Position numbers and translations under genes: made by a program. A stretch of 64,000 nt of DNA, from NCBI GenBank assembly GCA_040771865.1, contig JAXGZF010000006.1, positions 248,001 to 312,000 on the forward strand, read 5' to 3'. Below the pieces are notes generated by a model. That model had not been told where the DNA came from and made no database searches. It saw nothing but the letters and a program-made list of their open reading frames with translations. Positions 33,306 to 44,060 of this stretch are shown one piece after another. Every line of letters starts with the position of its first letter. The first letter of the stretch is position 1. The stretch is from Desulfobacterales bacterium. Its GTDB lineage: Bacteria; Desulfobacterota; Desulfobacteria; Desulfobacterales; UBA2245.

Positions 33306-34694
33306 ATGACAATTCGAAAGCAGCAAACAATTCCATCTGTTTCGAGTCCGACCGACGCTATTCTCGAGAGCATCTCCGATGGGGTGTTCACCGTGGACTT
33401 AAACTGGCGCATTACTTCTTTTAACAGGGCTGCTGAGCAGATAACCGGCGTATCGCGCAAAGAGGCGATCGGTCAGCTCTGCTCCGAGGTTTTCCGCTGC
33501 AGCATGTGCGAGACCGACTGCGCTTTGCGGAGCACTCTGAAAACCGGAAGGCCGGTGATCGGAAAATCCGGCTATATCATCAACGCTGAGGGTCAACGCA
33601 TTCCCATCAGCGTTTCCACCGCCGTGCTCCGGGATGATCAGGGACGGATCATCGGAGGTGCGGAAACCTTCAGGGATCTGAGCGAGATCGAGGTCTTGCG
33701 TCTGGAACTGGCGGGACGATTCCGCGTAGGCGACCTGGTGAGCCGAAGCCCTCTGATGCAGAAGATTTTTGCCATTCTGCCCGCCGTGGCCGCCAGCCCG
33801 AGTACGGCCCTGATTCTAGGGGAAACCGGAACCGGAAAGGAAATGATGGCTCGAACGATTCACGACCTGAGTCCCCGGCGCAAAAGACCTTTTGTCGCGG
33901 TCAACTGCGGCGCTCTGCCGGAAACCCTTCTGGAGTCCGAACTTTTTGGATACAAGAAAGGCGCCTTTACCGGCGCTGAAAGGGACAAGGCCGGGCGTTT
34001 TGCCATGGCAAAGGGAGGCACGCTTTTTCTGGATGAGATCGGTGAAATGAGTCCGGCCCTTCAGGTCCGGCTTTTGCGGGTCCTGCAGGATCAGACTTAT
34101 GAACCTCTGGGCGCAACGGTTTCGGAGAAGGCTGATGCGCGCATCGTTGTTGCTACCAACAAGGACCTGGCAGAGCAGATACGCAAAGGACTTTTCCGCG
34201 AGGACCTGTATTACCGCGTCAATGTGGTGCGCATCGAGCTGCCCCCTTTGCGTCGCCGCAAGGAGGATATTCCGATTCTGGTGGACAGTTTTATCAACCG
34301 TTTCAACCATCTCCAGAACAAAAAAATAAAAGGATTGACGGCCGATGCCATCGCATTGCTCATGGCGCATGATTGGCCCGGTAATGTTCGGGAACTGGAA
34401 AACGTGATCGAGCGGTCCTTTATACTCTGCTCCGAAGGTTTGATCGGCATCCAGCATCTGCCGGATGAACTGACCGCGCATGGCCTGTCTCAAAGATTCG
34501 ATTCCGGCATGAAAGTTTCCCGCGATCTTCTGGAAACCCAGTCCATTCGCAGCGCCCTTGAGAAAAACGCCTTCAATCGACTGGCTGCTGCAAAAGAACT
34601 CGGCATTCACAAGAGTACGCTTTTTCGAAAGATGAAGAAACTGGGAATTGCTTTTCCGAAACGAAACGGCCGTTCCCGGGATTTCAAGAAATAG
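33306..34694 (+). CDS. PAS-domain sigma-54 activator (OrpR-like)
   Basis: PAS with C-X8-C-X3-C, GETGTGKE, GAFTGA, WPGNVREL, Fis HTH. Confidence 0.9.
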   Translation: MTIRKQQTIPSVSSPTDAILESISDGVFTVDLNWRITSFNRAAEQITGVSRKEAIGQLCSEVFRCSMCETDCALRSTLKTGRPVIGKSGYIINAEGQRIPISVSTAVLRDDQGRIIGGAETFRDLSEIEVLRLELAGRFRVGDLVSRSPLMQKIFAILPAVAASPSTALILGETGTGKEMMARTIHDLSPRRKRPFVAVNCGALPETLLESELFGYKKGAFTGAERDKAGRFAMAKGGTLFLDEIGEMSPALQVRLLRVLQDQTYEPLGATVSEKADARIVVATNKDLAEQIRKGLFREDLYYRVNVVRIELPPLRRRKEDIPILVDSFINRFNHLQNKKIKGLTADAIALLMAHDWPGNVRELENVIERSFILCSEGLIGIQHLPDELTAHGLSQRFDSGMKVSRDLLETQSIRSALEKNAFNRLAAAKELGIHKSTLFRKMKKLGIAFPKRNGRSRDFKK

Positions 34695-34828
34695 ACGCGC
34701 TTGTGCGACCTTATATCGGAATAAGATTGCATAAGCGCGACTCATTAGTCTGAAACCGTCTTCGACATTATACATATTAAACTAGGCAAAACAGCATCTT
34801 GCCAATGAAGGCGCTGTTTTTTGCATAG

Positions 34829-34844
34829 TGGCACGACGTTTGCT
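34829..34844 (+). promoter_or_regulatory. Sigma-54 -24/-12 promoter
   Basis: TGGCAC-N5-TTGCT (TGGCACGACGTTTGCT) matches the consensus. Confidence 0.85.
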
Positions 34845-34886
34845 CTATGATCAACTATGATCAATCGTTATGCGGGAATTGAGTTG

Positions 34887-35465
34887 ATGAAAGCGGCTTT
34901 TACAGTGTGGAACAATCGAATTGCACCGGTCTTTGATGTGGCCCGGCAGATACGGATCGTGGAAGCCGAGCGCGGACGGGTTATCCGTGAAGACGAAGTG
35001 GTTCTCAAAGAAGTTGCCGCTGCGGGAAAAGCAGGGGAACTTTCCGGACTGGGCGTGAATGCTCTGGTCTGCGGGGCGATTTCCCGGACCCTGGCGAATC
35101 TGGTTGCAGCACGCGGGATACAGGTGATTCCTTTTGTGGCCGGCGATCTTCGGGAAGTAATTGATGCCTGGATTCGTGGAGGAATTACGGACGGCCTTTT
35201 TGCAATGCCGGGATGTCGCGGACGCCGCAGGTTGAGAGGATGGGGTGCATTTGAACAGGAGGGAAACGTTATGAAAGGGCGAAAAAAAGGCGGCGTAGGC
35301 CGGGGTCGCGGTGGACAGGGCGGTGGCGGCAAAGGTCGTGGTCAGGGCCGAGGCAGCCGGGGCGGTGGTCAAGGTCAGGGTGTAGGCCAAGGCAGCGGTC
35401 AGGACAGCAGCGGTAAAGGCGGGGGCCAAGGTCGTGGTCAGGGCGGAGGAGGCGGTCAGGGCTGA
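34887..35465 (+). CDS. NifB/NifX-family (Orp-like) protein with Gly-rich tail
   Basis: RIAPVFDVA, LVCGAIS, VIPFVAG, FAMPGC; C-terminal GQG repeats. Confidence 0.85.
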   Translation: MKAAFTVWNNRIAPVFDVARQIRIVEAERGRVIREDEVVLKEVAAAGKAGELSGLGVNALVCGAISRTLANLVAARGIQVIPFVAGDLREVIDAWIRGGITDGLFAMPGCRGRRRLRGWGAFEQEGNVMKGRKKGGVGRGRGGQGGGGKGRGQGRGSRGGGQGQGVGQGSGQDSSGKGGGQGRGQGGGGGQG

Positions 35466-35555
35466 GGCATTTTGCCTGGAACCAGATCGTATCCGAAAGC
35501 AGTTGAGCGGGGTCGATTCAAACACTGCTCAATACAAGGAACTGAAAGGGGCATC

Positions 35556-35822
35556 ATGCCGACATACGAATATGAATGCAAATCATGCGGTCAGCGTTTC
35601 GAACAACGTCAGACCATGAAGGAACCCCCTATCGCCGAATGCCCGAAATGCCGGGGAGAGGTTCATCGCATCATCAGCGGAGGTACGGGTTTTATTCTCA
35701 AGGGGGCGGCCAATTCCCGGGCTGGGCGTCTGAGCGGCGGATGTTCTCTGGAAAGCACCGGAAAGACCTGCTGCGGACGCGCGGAACGTTGCGGCGAGCC
35801 CCGTTGCGAAGGAGACAGATGA
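35556..35822 (+). CDS. FmdB-family zinc ribbon protein
   Basis: MPTYEYECKSCG..CPKC..RIISGG.GFILKG plus a Cys-rich tail. Confidence 0.9.
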   Translation: MPTYEYECKSCGQRFEQRQTMKEPPIAECPKCRGEVHRIISGGTGFILKGAANSRAGRLSGGCSLESTGKTCCGRAERCGEPRCEGDR

Positions 35823-35882
35823 CCGCTTCGAATTTCCAAACCATTTTTGGCCCGCCAAATCAAAGCAATTCAGGACAGATTC

Positions 35883-36719
35883 GTGGCCGTTGAAAATGCA
35901 AGTATAACCATTCTGGTCGACAACCAGGCCGCCCAGCGGCTGACGGCTGAACACGGATTGTCTCTGTGGATAGAGGCCGGTTCCCGTAGCATTCTGTTTG
36001 ACACGGGACAGGGTGCGGCGTTGCCCGTCAACGCCGCCAAGCTTGAAATCGGTCTGGATCAGGCGGATGTTCTGGTTCTGAGCCATGGGCACTACGATCA
36101 TGCCGGCGGCGTTTCTCATGTCCTGAGCGTCAACCCAAAGATTTCCGTCTATTGTCACCCAAAGGCGGTTCAGCTGCGCTGCAGTCTCAACGGCGGATTT
36201 GCCAGATTCATTCATATGCCGGAGAAGTCGATTTCCGCTTTATACAGGTTGCCGTTTTGCGACATGCACTGGATTGAGCGGCCGGTTATGATTTCGCCGG
36301 ATATCGGCGTCACCGGTCCGATTCCACGAAATACGAATTTCGAGGATGCCGGCGGCACGTTTTTTCTGGATCCGGAAGGTCGTATCGCCGATTCCATTGT
36401 CGATGATCAGGCCTTGTGGATCAATACCTTGCAGGGCCTGGTCGTGTGCGTGGGCTGCTGTCACTCCGGGCTGATCAACACGCTGGAACATGTGCGCCGC
36501 CTGAGCGGGGCTTCAACCATTCGGGCGGTGATCGGCGGCTTTCATCTGATAAGCGCCGATGAGAAACGAATGGAGCGGACCATTCTTTCGCTTTGGTCCA
36601 TGAATCCGGAAATGCTGGTTCCGTGCCACTGCACCGGAGAGAAAGCCGTACGGAAATTCGAAAAAGCTTTCGAAGGCCGGGTGCTTTCGGCGGAGGCCGG
36701 CCAGACGTTTCACTTCTGA
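35883..36719 (+). CDS. MBL-fold metallohydrolase (DHPS-like/MJ0301 subgroup)
   Basis: EHGLS, FDTG, SHGHYDH, GCCHSG, GGFH, HCTG. Confidence 0.88.
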   Translation: MAVENASITILVDNQAAQRLTAEHGLSLWIEAGSRSILFDTGQGAALPVNAAKLEIGLDQADVLVLSHGHYDHAGGVSHVLSVNPKISVYCHPKAVQLRCSLNGGFARFIHMPEKSISALYRLPFCDMHWIERPVMISPDIGVTGPIPRNTNFEDAGGTFFLDPEGRIADSIVDDQALWINTLQGLVVCVGCCHSGLINTLEHVRRLSGASTIRAVIGGFHLISADEKRMERTILSLWSMNPEMLVPCHCTGEKAVRKFEKAFEGRVLSAEAGQTFHF

Positions 36720-37397
36720 GTCGGTCAAAAATTCAGCTGATCCATCATGCAATTTTGGAATTGTCAAATCCCAGTGGCGGTCGTTGAGCGTCCGGGCGCA
36801 TAATATTTCTATTAATACTTGCACACGCATCTGCGAACATTCTGCCGGATCTTTTCTGTGCTCCAGCGTACGGCACTCAACGGCTTTCGATACATGTGCC
36901 CGTTTGTTGCCAGGCTTTTTTCTGTGTTTTCGACAACGGTTTTCAGAAGCTTCGAGCAAGCTGCATCGATTCTGCGAAACGGCCTGATCTGCCGATTTAT
37001 TGACCAACTTCCAATGTTTGAAAGATTCTTTCGCATTTGGTCAGAACAACATATCATGAATTGGAATATCAGGGACGGTTCCGGAATATCCTTTATTATA
37101 TCAACAGGCTGAACTGTTTTCCCGCATTTGATATTTGACTGAACCTGCCTGAAGCCCGAAATGACCGTTTTGAATACCGGGTATGCCATCGAAAGAGGAA
37201 AGCGCTCGCAAAACGTCACCGATGTCGTTTATTAAATAAATATATTCAGATAGTTAAGAGTATACGGCATTTCGGGCGGTCTGTGCGTTGAACCGGATTC
37301 CGACCGCCGCTTTCCTGCGGACAGGTTTTATTTGACGATGACTATCCGATGCGTTACATCGAATAAATAATCCCAGCTTGAGAGAAGGAGGCATCTC

Positions 37398-38699
37398 ATG
37401 CGACTTGATCCAAACTGGAAATCCAGAGCCGTCAGTGCCGAGGAGGCAGTCGCCCATATAAAAAATGGTATGAAGGTGTTTATCCACGGTGCAGCGGCAA
37501 CGCCAACTCCCTTGATCGATTCGCTGTGCAGGCGGCCGGACCTGGAAAATGTCACCCTCTATCACCTGCACCTTCTGGGAGACATTCCCTTTGCCAGCGC
37601 GAGCCAGCAGGGCCGCTTCTTTTCCGTCTCGCTCTTCACCGGGGCCGACCTGCGAAAACCGATTGAAGAGGGGCGTGCGGACTTCATGCCGATCTTTCTG
37701 GGCGACATTCCCAGGCTGTTTGCCTCCGGCACCATCAGGCTGGATGCGGCAATTGTGCAGTTGTCTGCGCCCGACCGTCACGGATTCTGCACGCTGGGAA
37801 CTTCGGTGGATGCAGCCAGGGCGGCCGCGGATTCGGCACGTATGGTCATTGCGGAAATCAACGACCAGATGCCGAGAACTCACGGCAATACGGCGGTTCG
37901 TTTCGACAGGATCACCGCATTTATCCATACCGACCGTCCGCTTCTCGAACACCCGACATCGCCTGAAACGAGTGTTGAGGCGCGTATGGGCGAACTCATC
38001 GCCGATCTTGTTGAAGACGGCGCTACGCTTCAGATCGGAATCGGAAACATTCCGGATGCCGTGCTGAGCAGGCTCCATGATAAGCACGAACTTGGCATTC
38101 ATACGGAAATGTTCTCCGACCGCGTGGTTGACCTGGTGGAAGCAGGCGTCATCACAAACCGCCTCAAAAAGGTTCACCCCAACCGAATTACCACCAGCTT
38201 TGTCAATGGTTCCAAGCGTCTATTTGACTTTGTCGATGACAACCCCACAGTGGAGTTTCATCCCTGCGACCGCACAAACGACACCGCCCTGATCCGGCAG
38301 AACGACAAGTTTGTGGCCATCAATGCCGCTTTGGAGATCGACCTGACAGGGCAGGTATGCGCGGATTCCCTGGGGCACAGAATTTACTCGGGCATCGGAG
38401 GGCAGATGGATTTTATTCACGGCGCCGCCCTGTCCAGGGGAGGTAAGCCGGTTATTGCCATTCCTTCCACCGCAGCCAGGGGAACCGTGTCAAGGATTGT
38501 TCCGGAGCTCAAACCCGGCGCCGGCGTGGTGACCACACGGGGGCATGTGCATTGGGTGGTGACCGAGTTCGGCGCGGTCAATCTGAACGGAAAGACGCTG
38601 CGGGAACGCGGAGAGGCTTTAATCAGCATTGCGCACCCCGACTTTCGCTCCGAACTCCGGAATTCCTTTGCGAGAATCAGACATTTTGTCCTGAGTTGA
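37398..38699 (+). CDS. Acetyl-CoA hydrolase/transferase (4-hydroxybutyrate CoA-transferase family)
   Basis: LQIGIG.IP, HTEM, GIGGQMDF, VTEFG, IAHPDFR. Confidence 0.93.
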   Translation: MRLDPNWKSRAVSAEEAVAHIKNGMKVFIHGAAATPTPLIDSLCRRPDLENVTLYHLHLLGDIPFASASQQGRFFSVSLFTGADLRKPIEEGRADFMPIFLGDIPRLFASGTIRLDAAIVQLSAPDRHGFCTLGTSVDAARAAADSARMVIAEINDQMPRTHGNTAVRFDRITAFIHTDRPLLEHPTSPETSVEARMGELIADLVEDGATLQIGIGNIPDAVLSRLHDKHELGIHTEMFSDRVVDLVEAGVITNRLKKVHPNRITTSFVNGSKRLFDFVDDNPTVEFHPCDRTNDTALIRQNDKFVAINAALEIDLTGQVCADSLGHRIYSGIGGQMDFIHGAALSRGGKPVIAIPSTAARGTVSRIVPELKPGAGVVTTRGHVHWVVTEFGAVNLNGKTLRERGEALISIAHPDFRSELRNSFARIRHFVLS

Positions 38700-38718
38700 A
38701 GTGCGAGCGGTTGCCCCG

Positions 38719-40020
38719 CTATCCTGCCCCCGAGTCTCCGGGTCGTTTCGGTTTGAATTCAGCATGCCGGCAGGGTTGCCTGCTGTGTGCGGCGCTTCGT
38801 CCGGCAAGCCAGCCGGTCGAGAAAGCCGCCTGCAGATTATATCCTCCTGTGTCGGCCTGAATATCGAGCAATTCTCCTGCAATGAAGAGTCCCCTGGTTT
38901 TCTTGGATTCCATGGTCCTGGGCTCTATCTCCCGGGTGTCTATTCCGCCGGCCGTGATAATCGCTTCGGCGAAAGGCCTGTATCCGGTGACCTCCAGCCG
39001 GAAATCCTTGAGCCAGATTCCCAGGCGCCTGCGTTCCTTTGCAGAGATGTTGCACACCGGTCGATCGGCAGGAATATTGATGGAATCCAGGCAGACCGGA
39101 ACCATTTCCCGGGGCGCCAGTCCCCGCAGAAGGCTGCCGACCTGCTCTTTGCCCCGCGAAGCAATCTCGCGCTGAAGACGTGCATCCAGTTTGTTTTCAT
39201 CAAGGGCGGGTTTGAGGTCAATAGAAAAGATCACCTTGCACCCGTTGCGCAGACTGTCCACTGCGTCGCCGCTCAGGGAAAGAACCGCTGGCCCGGTCAT
39301 TCCGAATTCGGCAAAGACAACCTCGCCGAATGCTTCTCTTTTTTTCTTGCCATTAACAAGCATGAGGACATTGACGTTGCGAAGATTGAGCCCGGCCATT
39401 CTTCTGGCTTCATCCCCGGAGGTTTCAAGCGGAACAAGCGCCTGGCGAACCGGAATTACCCTATGCCCGGCGGATTCGGCAAGGCGGTAGCCGTCTCCGG
39501 TCGAACCCGTAGCCGGATAGGAGGCACCGCCCGTGGCAAGGACAGCGGCATCGCAGGGGAATTCCTCGACCTGGGAAACAACGCCGGCAACGCGGCCATC
39601 CTGTATCCGTATTTGATCAACCGGCGCGGCATGTCTGATCCGGACCCCGGACCTTTTAATCCATTGCAGAAGCGCTCTGTGGACATCCGGCGCCCTGCCG
39701 CTTGCCGGAAAAACGCGGCCGCCTCTTTCAACGACCAGTTCCAGACCCAGCGCATTGAGAAACTCCATGAGATCGATATTGAAGAATCGGGCAAAGGCTT
39801 GCCGAAGAAAAGGGCCGGTTTTGCCGAAATGGGAAATAAAGGCAGATAGTTCGGCGATATTGGTGATGTTGCAGCGACCCTTTCCTGTAATGCAGAGCTT
39901 GAGTCCGGTCCGGTTCATTTTTTCAAGCAGAAGCGTTTCGGCGCCTGCTTCCGCTGCCTGTCCCGCGGCCATAAGCCCTGCCGGTCCTCCGCCGATGACA
40001 ATGACGCTTCGCTTCTTCAT
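38719..40020 (-). CDS. HI0933/BaiN-family flavoprotein
   Basis: GGGPAG, GKGRCNITN, ATGG.SYP.TGSTGDG, TGGYNLQ. Confidence 0.92.
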   Translation of the reverse strand: MKKRSVIVIGGGPAGLMAAGQAAEAGAETLLLEKMNRTGLKLCITGKGRCNITNIAELSAFISHFGKTGPFLRQAFARFFNIDLMEFLNALGLELVVERGGRVFPASGRAPDVHRALLQWIKRSGVRIRHAAPVDQIRIQDGRVAGVVSQVEEFPCDAAVLATGGASYPATGSTGDGYRLAESAGHRVIPVRQALVPLETSGDEARRMAGLNLRNVNVLMLVNGKKKREAFGEVVFAEFGMTGPAVLSLSGDAVDSLRNGCKVIFSIDLKPALDENKLDARLQREIASRGKEQVGSLLRGLAPREMVPVCLDSINIPADRPVCNISAKERRRLGIWLKDFRLEVTGYRPFAEAIITAGGIDTREIEPRTMESKKTRGLFIAGELLDIQADTGGYNLQAAFSTGWLAGRSAAHSRQPCRHAEFKPKRPGDSGAG

Positions 40021-40099
40021 ATGCTTCTTGGTTCTCTTGAATCCTCAGCCTGTTCTTGTGGAATTTATGAACTGGATAATCGTTGGAATGGAAGTGATA

Positions 40100-40768
40100 T
40101 CAAAGCAAACAACCCTGGGCGAGAATCCGGCGTTGAATCATCATCAGCTTTCTGTTGAGCTCGGTTTCTAAATGCCGATCGGGCAGAAATTCAACTGCGG
40201 CGATATGCGTCGGGTTTGCTGAAGCGTTTTTCCGAGCAGACGAGGTTCGGCGCACTCGGGCTTTGACAATAAAAGGTTTGGTATCGATATATAGAATCAG
40301 TTGAATCAGCGCGTTGAGCTTGACCGGTCGAGATCGGCTGTAGCTGAATTGAGCGCCTCCCAGGGAAAGGTCCAGCGGATCGGCCTTCTGCCCCTCAAAC
40401 TGGATCTCAATGCCGCTGTTCGACGAGATCTGAACCCGGTAGTTCATCCGCAGGTCGAAGTCTGCCAGATCCGATCTGCGTTCAAATACCAGCGCAACCA
40501 CCTTCTCGCCGGATCCGATCAGATAGTCGGTTCGAATTTCCAGCAATTCCACCATAAACCCGAACCGTTCGATCCGGTCCTTTTTTCGACCCAGAAAGGT
40601 AAGGGTCAGCTGTTCGTTGATACGGGATTTGTTTAAGGGGGGAAAGGTCTGGGAGACGATGATTCGTTCGTCATCGGCTTCGTAGATGGTTCCTTTGAAG
40701 GCAAGACTGCCGCTCTGGTACCCCTCCGAAGTCAGTATGACGCTAACGCCGGGCTTTAAAACGCTCAT
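40100..40768 (-). CDS. PilZ domain protein (YcgR/flagellar-brake-like)
   Basis: RMNYR and DLSLGG motifs. Confidence 0.8.
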   Translation of the reverse strand: MSVLKPGVSVILTSEGYQSGSLAFKGTIYEADDERIIVSQTFPPLNKSRINEQLTLTFLGRKKDRIERFGFMVELLEIRTDYLIGSGEKVVALVFERRSDLADFDLRMNYRVQISSNSGIEIQFEGQKADPLDLSLGGAQFSYSRSRPVKLNALIQLILYIDTKPFIVKARVRRTSSARKNASANPTHIAAVEFLPDRHLETELNRKLMMIQRRILAQGCLL

Positions 40769-41227
40769 CTCCTCCTGCTTTCAAGGCGCATATGGTTTTC
40801 GATTCTTTGCAACCTGCCGTATATTTTATATTTTTATTTTATAGATAAACCGCATCGCCGTGTCAAGCGGCAAGCGCATGGTTTCAGGACGATGAGAGAT
40901 CGATATTGAAATGAGACTTCCTATCATGCATGTATCTTGAAATCCACCTCTCCTTTAAACTCCTTGGCAAAACCGAATAATTTAATATGAAAATCAAAAA
41001 ATATATGATATTCAGTCAATAAAGATTTACAAAAACATTAATGGCGTCAAATATTTTTCTTGACATTCTATACGCATTTTAGGAAAGTTCAAAATGTAAA
41101 TACAATAAAGATATGGAGTGGCCGGATTGTAATAAAAATGGGAGGTGGTGGGGGAGAATCAAAAACTTCTGATCAACAATGGTTATCAAGAATCATTTAT
41201 TAACAGATCCCCGAAAGGAGGAAGGTG

Positions 41228-42301
41228 ATGGCAGCTAAGTCTTTGATCCGAAACGTAACATCTTTAAGCAGCGAACTCATCCAGAAAAAGGAACAGGCGA
41301 AGTTTGAATACTGGGGGGCGACGCCTGCCGAGGCAAGGCGGGCCGCAGTGGCAAAAAAGAAAGGTCTGCACGACAAACGTACCACCCTCAAGGAGGCTGT
41401 GGCCCGCTATGCCAAAGACGGCATGAATCTCGGTCTCGGCGGCTTTGTTAATACCCGGACTCCGGTCGCCATTGTTCATGAGATCATTCGCCATGGCGCC
41501 AGGGATTTAACGCTTTCCATGCAGTCCAACTCCATTTGCTGCGAGCTTTTGGCTGCTGCCATGATTATTAATCCGGACCATGTTTCCATCAAAAGGGTCG
41601 AACTGGCTTGGTGGGGCTACGAGGTCATCGGCATCGCGCCTTTGCTGCGGCATCTTGTACAAAATGGAATAATTGAGCTGGACGATTACACCAACTACGG
41701 CATGTCGGCCCGGTTCAAGGCCGGTGCCATGGGCATTCCTTTTATTCCAACGCGGGATCATGGCGGAAGCGATATGGAACTGGTCAACCGGGGCCGGATG
41801 ATTGAGTGCCCCTTTACCGGTGAAAATATATACCTGGTTCCGGCCTGTCATCCGGATCTGGGGATCGTTCATGTGCAGGCGGCGGATATGCACGGAAATG
41901 CGCGAATTTTTGGCGCGCTGTGCACCTGTCCCGAAATCGCACAGGCAGCCGTTCATACCATTATGACCTGCGATCAGATCATTCCCAACGCCAGTATTCG
42001 TCAACATCCGAATCTGACGGAAATTCCCTACGCGGTGGTCGATGCCGTGGTTGAGCAGCCTCTTGGGGCCTATCCGGGCGCCTGCTATGGTTACAACTGG
42101 TTCGATATGCCCGAATTCCTGGCATTCAGAGGCATGTGCGATGAATTCAGAAAAACCGGAAACAAAGACAAGCTCAAAGCCTGGTTCGATAAATACATCT
42201 TCGGCTGCGAGACCTTTGATGATTTTCTGGCAACCCGGCCCTACAAGACAATCAAGGAACTCAGGCAGCGCGATGGTGTTCAGCCCATCATTCTGGAGTA
42301 A
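41228..42301 (+). CDS. Family I CoA-transferase subunit A (glutaconate/3-oxoacid CoA-transferase-like)
   Basis: GLGGF...P.AIVHEIIR, AGAMGIPFIP, HVQAADMHGN, GAYPG. Confidence 0.9.
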   Translation: MAAKSLIRNVTSLSSELIQKKEQAKFEYWGATPAEARRAAVAKKKGLHDKRTTLKEAVARYAKDGMNLGLGGFVNTRTPVAIVHEIIRHGARDLTLSMQSNSICCELLAAAMIINPDHVSIKRVELAWWGYEVIGIAPLLRHLVQNGIIELDDYTNYGMSARFKAGAMGIPFIPTRDHGGSDMELVNRGRMIECPFTGENIYLVPACHPDLGIVHVQAADMHGNARIFGALCTCPEIAQAAVHTIMTCDQIIPNASIRQHPNLTEIPYAVVDAVVEQPLGAYPGACYGYNWFDMPEFLAFRGMCDEFRKTGNKDKLKAWFDKYIFGCETFDDFLATRPYKTIKELRQRDGVQPIILE

Positions 42302-42355
42302 CAGGGTTGCTTGCCAAAACAATTAAGAAATTCATAATACCGCAAGGAGGGAAAA

Positions 42356-43138
42356 ATGGCTGAATATGGTCCATTCGAAATGATCGCTTTTACGGGTTCC
42401 AGAGTATTGCAAGACGAATCAATCGTGTTTGTCGGAACGGGTCTACCCATTATCGGCGCCATGCATGCCCAGCTGACCCATGCGCCGAATCTGAACATGA
42501 TTTTTGAGGCCGGCTCGCTGGCGGCGATTCTTGAGCAGGGCATGCCCCTTTCCGTGGGCGATACCCGGGCTTTCCGCAAAGCGCTTTTTGCCAAAGGGCT
42601 TTGTGCGGTTTTTGAGCTGACCCAGAGGGGTTATGCGGATTACGCGTTTATCGGCGGTGCCCAGATCGATATGTTCGGGAATATCGGATCCACCATCGAG
42701 GGCGGGGACTATCTCCATCCGCAGGTAAGGTTCCCCGGAAGCGGCGGCGCGGGTGCCATGGCTGCCAACTGTGAAAAGACGATCGCCATCATGGCCCTTG
42801 AGACACGCCGTTTTGTTAACAAGGTCAATTTTATCACCAGTATCGGTTATGGCGACGGTTCCCCGGATTACCGAAAAAAAGCGGGTGTTATGGGGTCCGG
42901 TCCGTATCGCGTCATCACCAACCAGGCTCTGTTCGGCTATGATGAGAAGACCCGTCGGATGGTGCTGCTCGAGGTGCTGCCCGGAAAGACCGCCAAGGAT
43001 ATTCAGGATCTGGTCAGTTTCGAGCTTCTGATTTCTCCGGATCTGAAAGACATGGTTGAGCCCAGTGAAAACGATCTGAAGCTGCTTCGTGAAAAGTGCG
43101 ATCCTGACGGATACTTCCTTAAACGAAAAGTGAAGTAA
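42356..43138 (+). CDS. Family I CoA-transferase subunit B
   Basis: FVGTGLP, catalytic Glu in IFEAG, AQID.FGN, PGSGGA. Confidence 0.9.
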   Translation: MAEYGPFEMIAFTGSRVLQDESIVFVGTGLPIIGAMHAQLTHAPNLNMIFEAGSLAAILEQGMPLSVGDTRAFRKALFAKGLCAVFELTQRGYADYAFIGGAQIDMFGNIGSTIEGGDYLHPQVRFPGSGGAGAMAANCEKTIAIMALETRRFVNKVNFITSIGYGDGSPDYRKKAGVMGSGPYRVITNQALFGYDEKTRRMVLLEVLPGKTAKDIQDLVSFELLISPDLKDMVEPSENDLKLLREKCDPDGYFLKRKVK

Positions 43139-43163
43139 ATATAATCAATTCAGTATGTTGAGC

Positions 43164-43194
43164 CGGGCCGGAGACCGATCGTGTCTTCGGCCCG
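43164..43194 (+). terminator. Stem-loop downstream of the CoA-transferase operon
   Basis: CGGGCCGGAGAC...GTCTTCGGCCCG. Confidence 0.55.
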
Positions 43195-43201
43195 ATCTAT
43201 T

Positions 43202-43240
43202 AAGAAGGGTTCAGATACCGTTGCACGCGAATGAGGAATT
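43202..43240 (+). repeat. 39-bp direct repeat, copy 1
   Basis: 34/39 identical to 45875-45913. Confidence 0.85.
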
Positions 43241-44060
43241 CTCTAAAAAGAAATGTATTCTTTGAATAAAACCCCCGCACAACGCTCTGCATACATAACT
43301 ATTTCATAGTTGCGGAATGTGGCTGCACAGAGTATGAGAAGCATTCACGGGAAGTCTGCAACCTGATTGTGGCGGTCCAGCTTATGTTTGTCCGCTTTCT
43401 TGTATGAATAAAATAATAACGACCAACGTACTTGGTTTACAGGTGATATCATGGAGCGAAAGGCCATGGCTGCGCGCTGTGTGAAAATGGCGGTCAAAAT
43501 AAAATGGAGGAAAGATATCTGAAATACCGGCATTATTATGCGGGCATCGATATTTCCGGCTTCGGCGGGTATGGAAAAGCCGTCTATTCCAGCCTGTTGC
43601 CTTCCTTTGATCAATGGTATCAAAGGAAATCTCTAAATGATGTTCCCCCTAATATCTCCTTTCTGGAGCACAGATTATATCTGACCGATCACAAAGATTA
43701 CAGAAAGGAAAGGGGGAGCGCCTTTTCAGCTTTCACATAAAAGTGCTGGCCCTAAGCATGGTCGGTCTATCATGAGTTACCGCAAAGATTTAATTTCACG
43801 GCAATGGATGCAATATATCATTTCCGATGTTTCCCGGCATACCAAATCCTACGATTATTCCGAATGCGTGTGTTTTTCGATTACAGTCAGGATGTTTGTC
43901 GATATGCTCAAGCAAGAGTTTTTACCGGGAGTCAGGTGTCCGATCTGTCGATTTTGTTTTGCCAACGCGAGGAAACTTTAAAATCCAAAACCACCCCCAA
44001 TTATCAGTGTTCGTAGAAAACAGAAAAAGATATGGTAGGTCGCCACATGGAGGACCGGCT

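Noticed and set aside
35463..35555. In-frame TGA readthrough (selenocysteine) from the NifX-like ORF into the FmdB ORF
   Set aside because: The TGA follows a Gly-rich tail rather than a redox motif, I saw no convincing SECIS, and FmdB has its own RBS and canonical start
43504..43740. 78-aa ORF with YYAGIDIS resembling an ASKHA/RNase H-fold start
   Set aside because: Similarity is limited to a few residues; cannot be supported without a search
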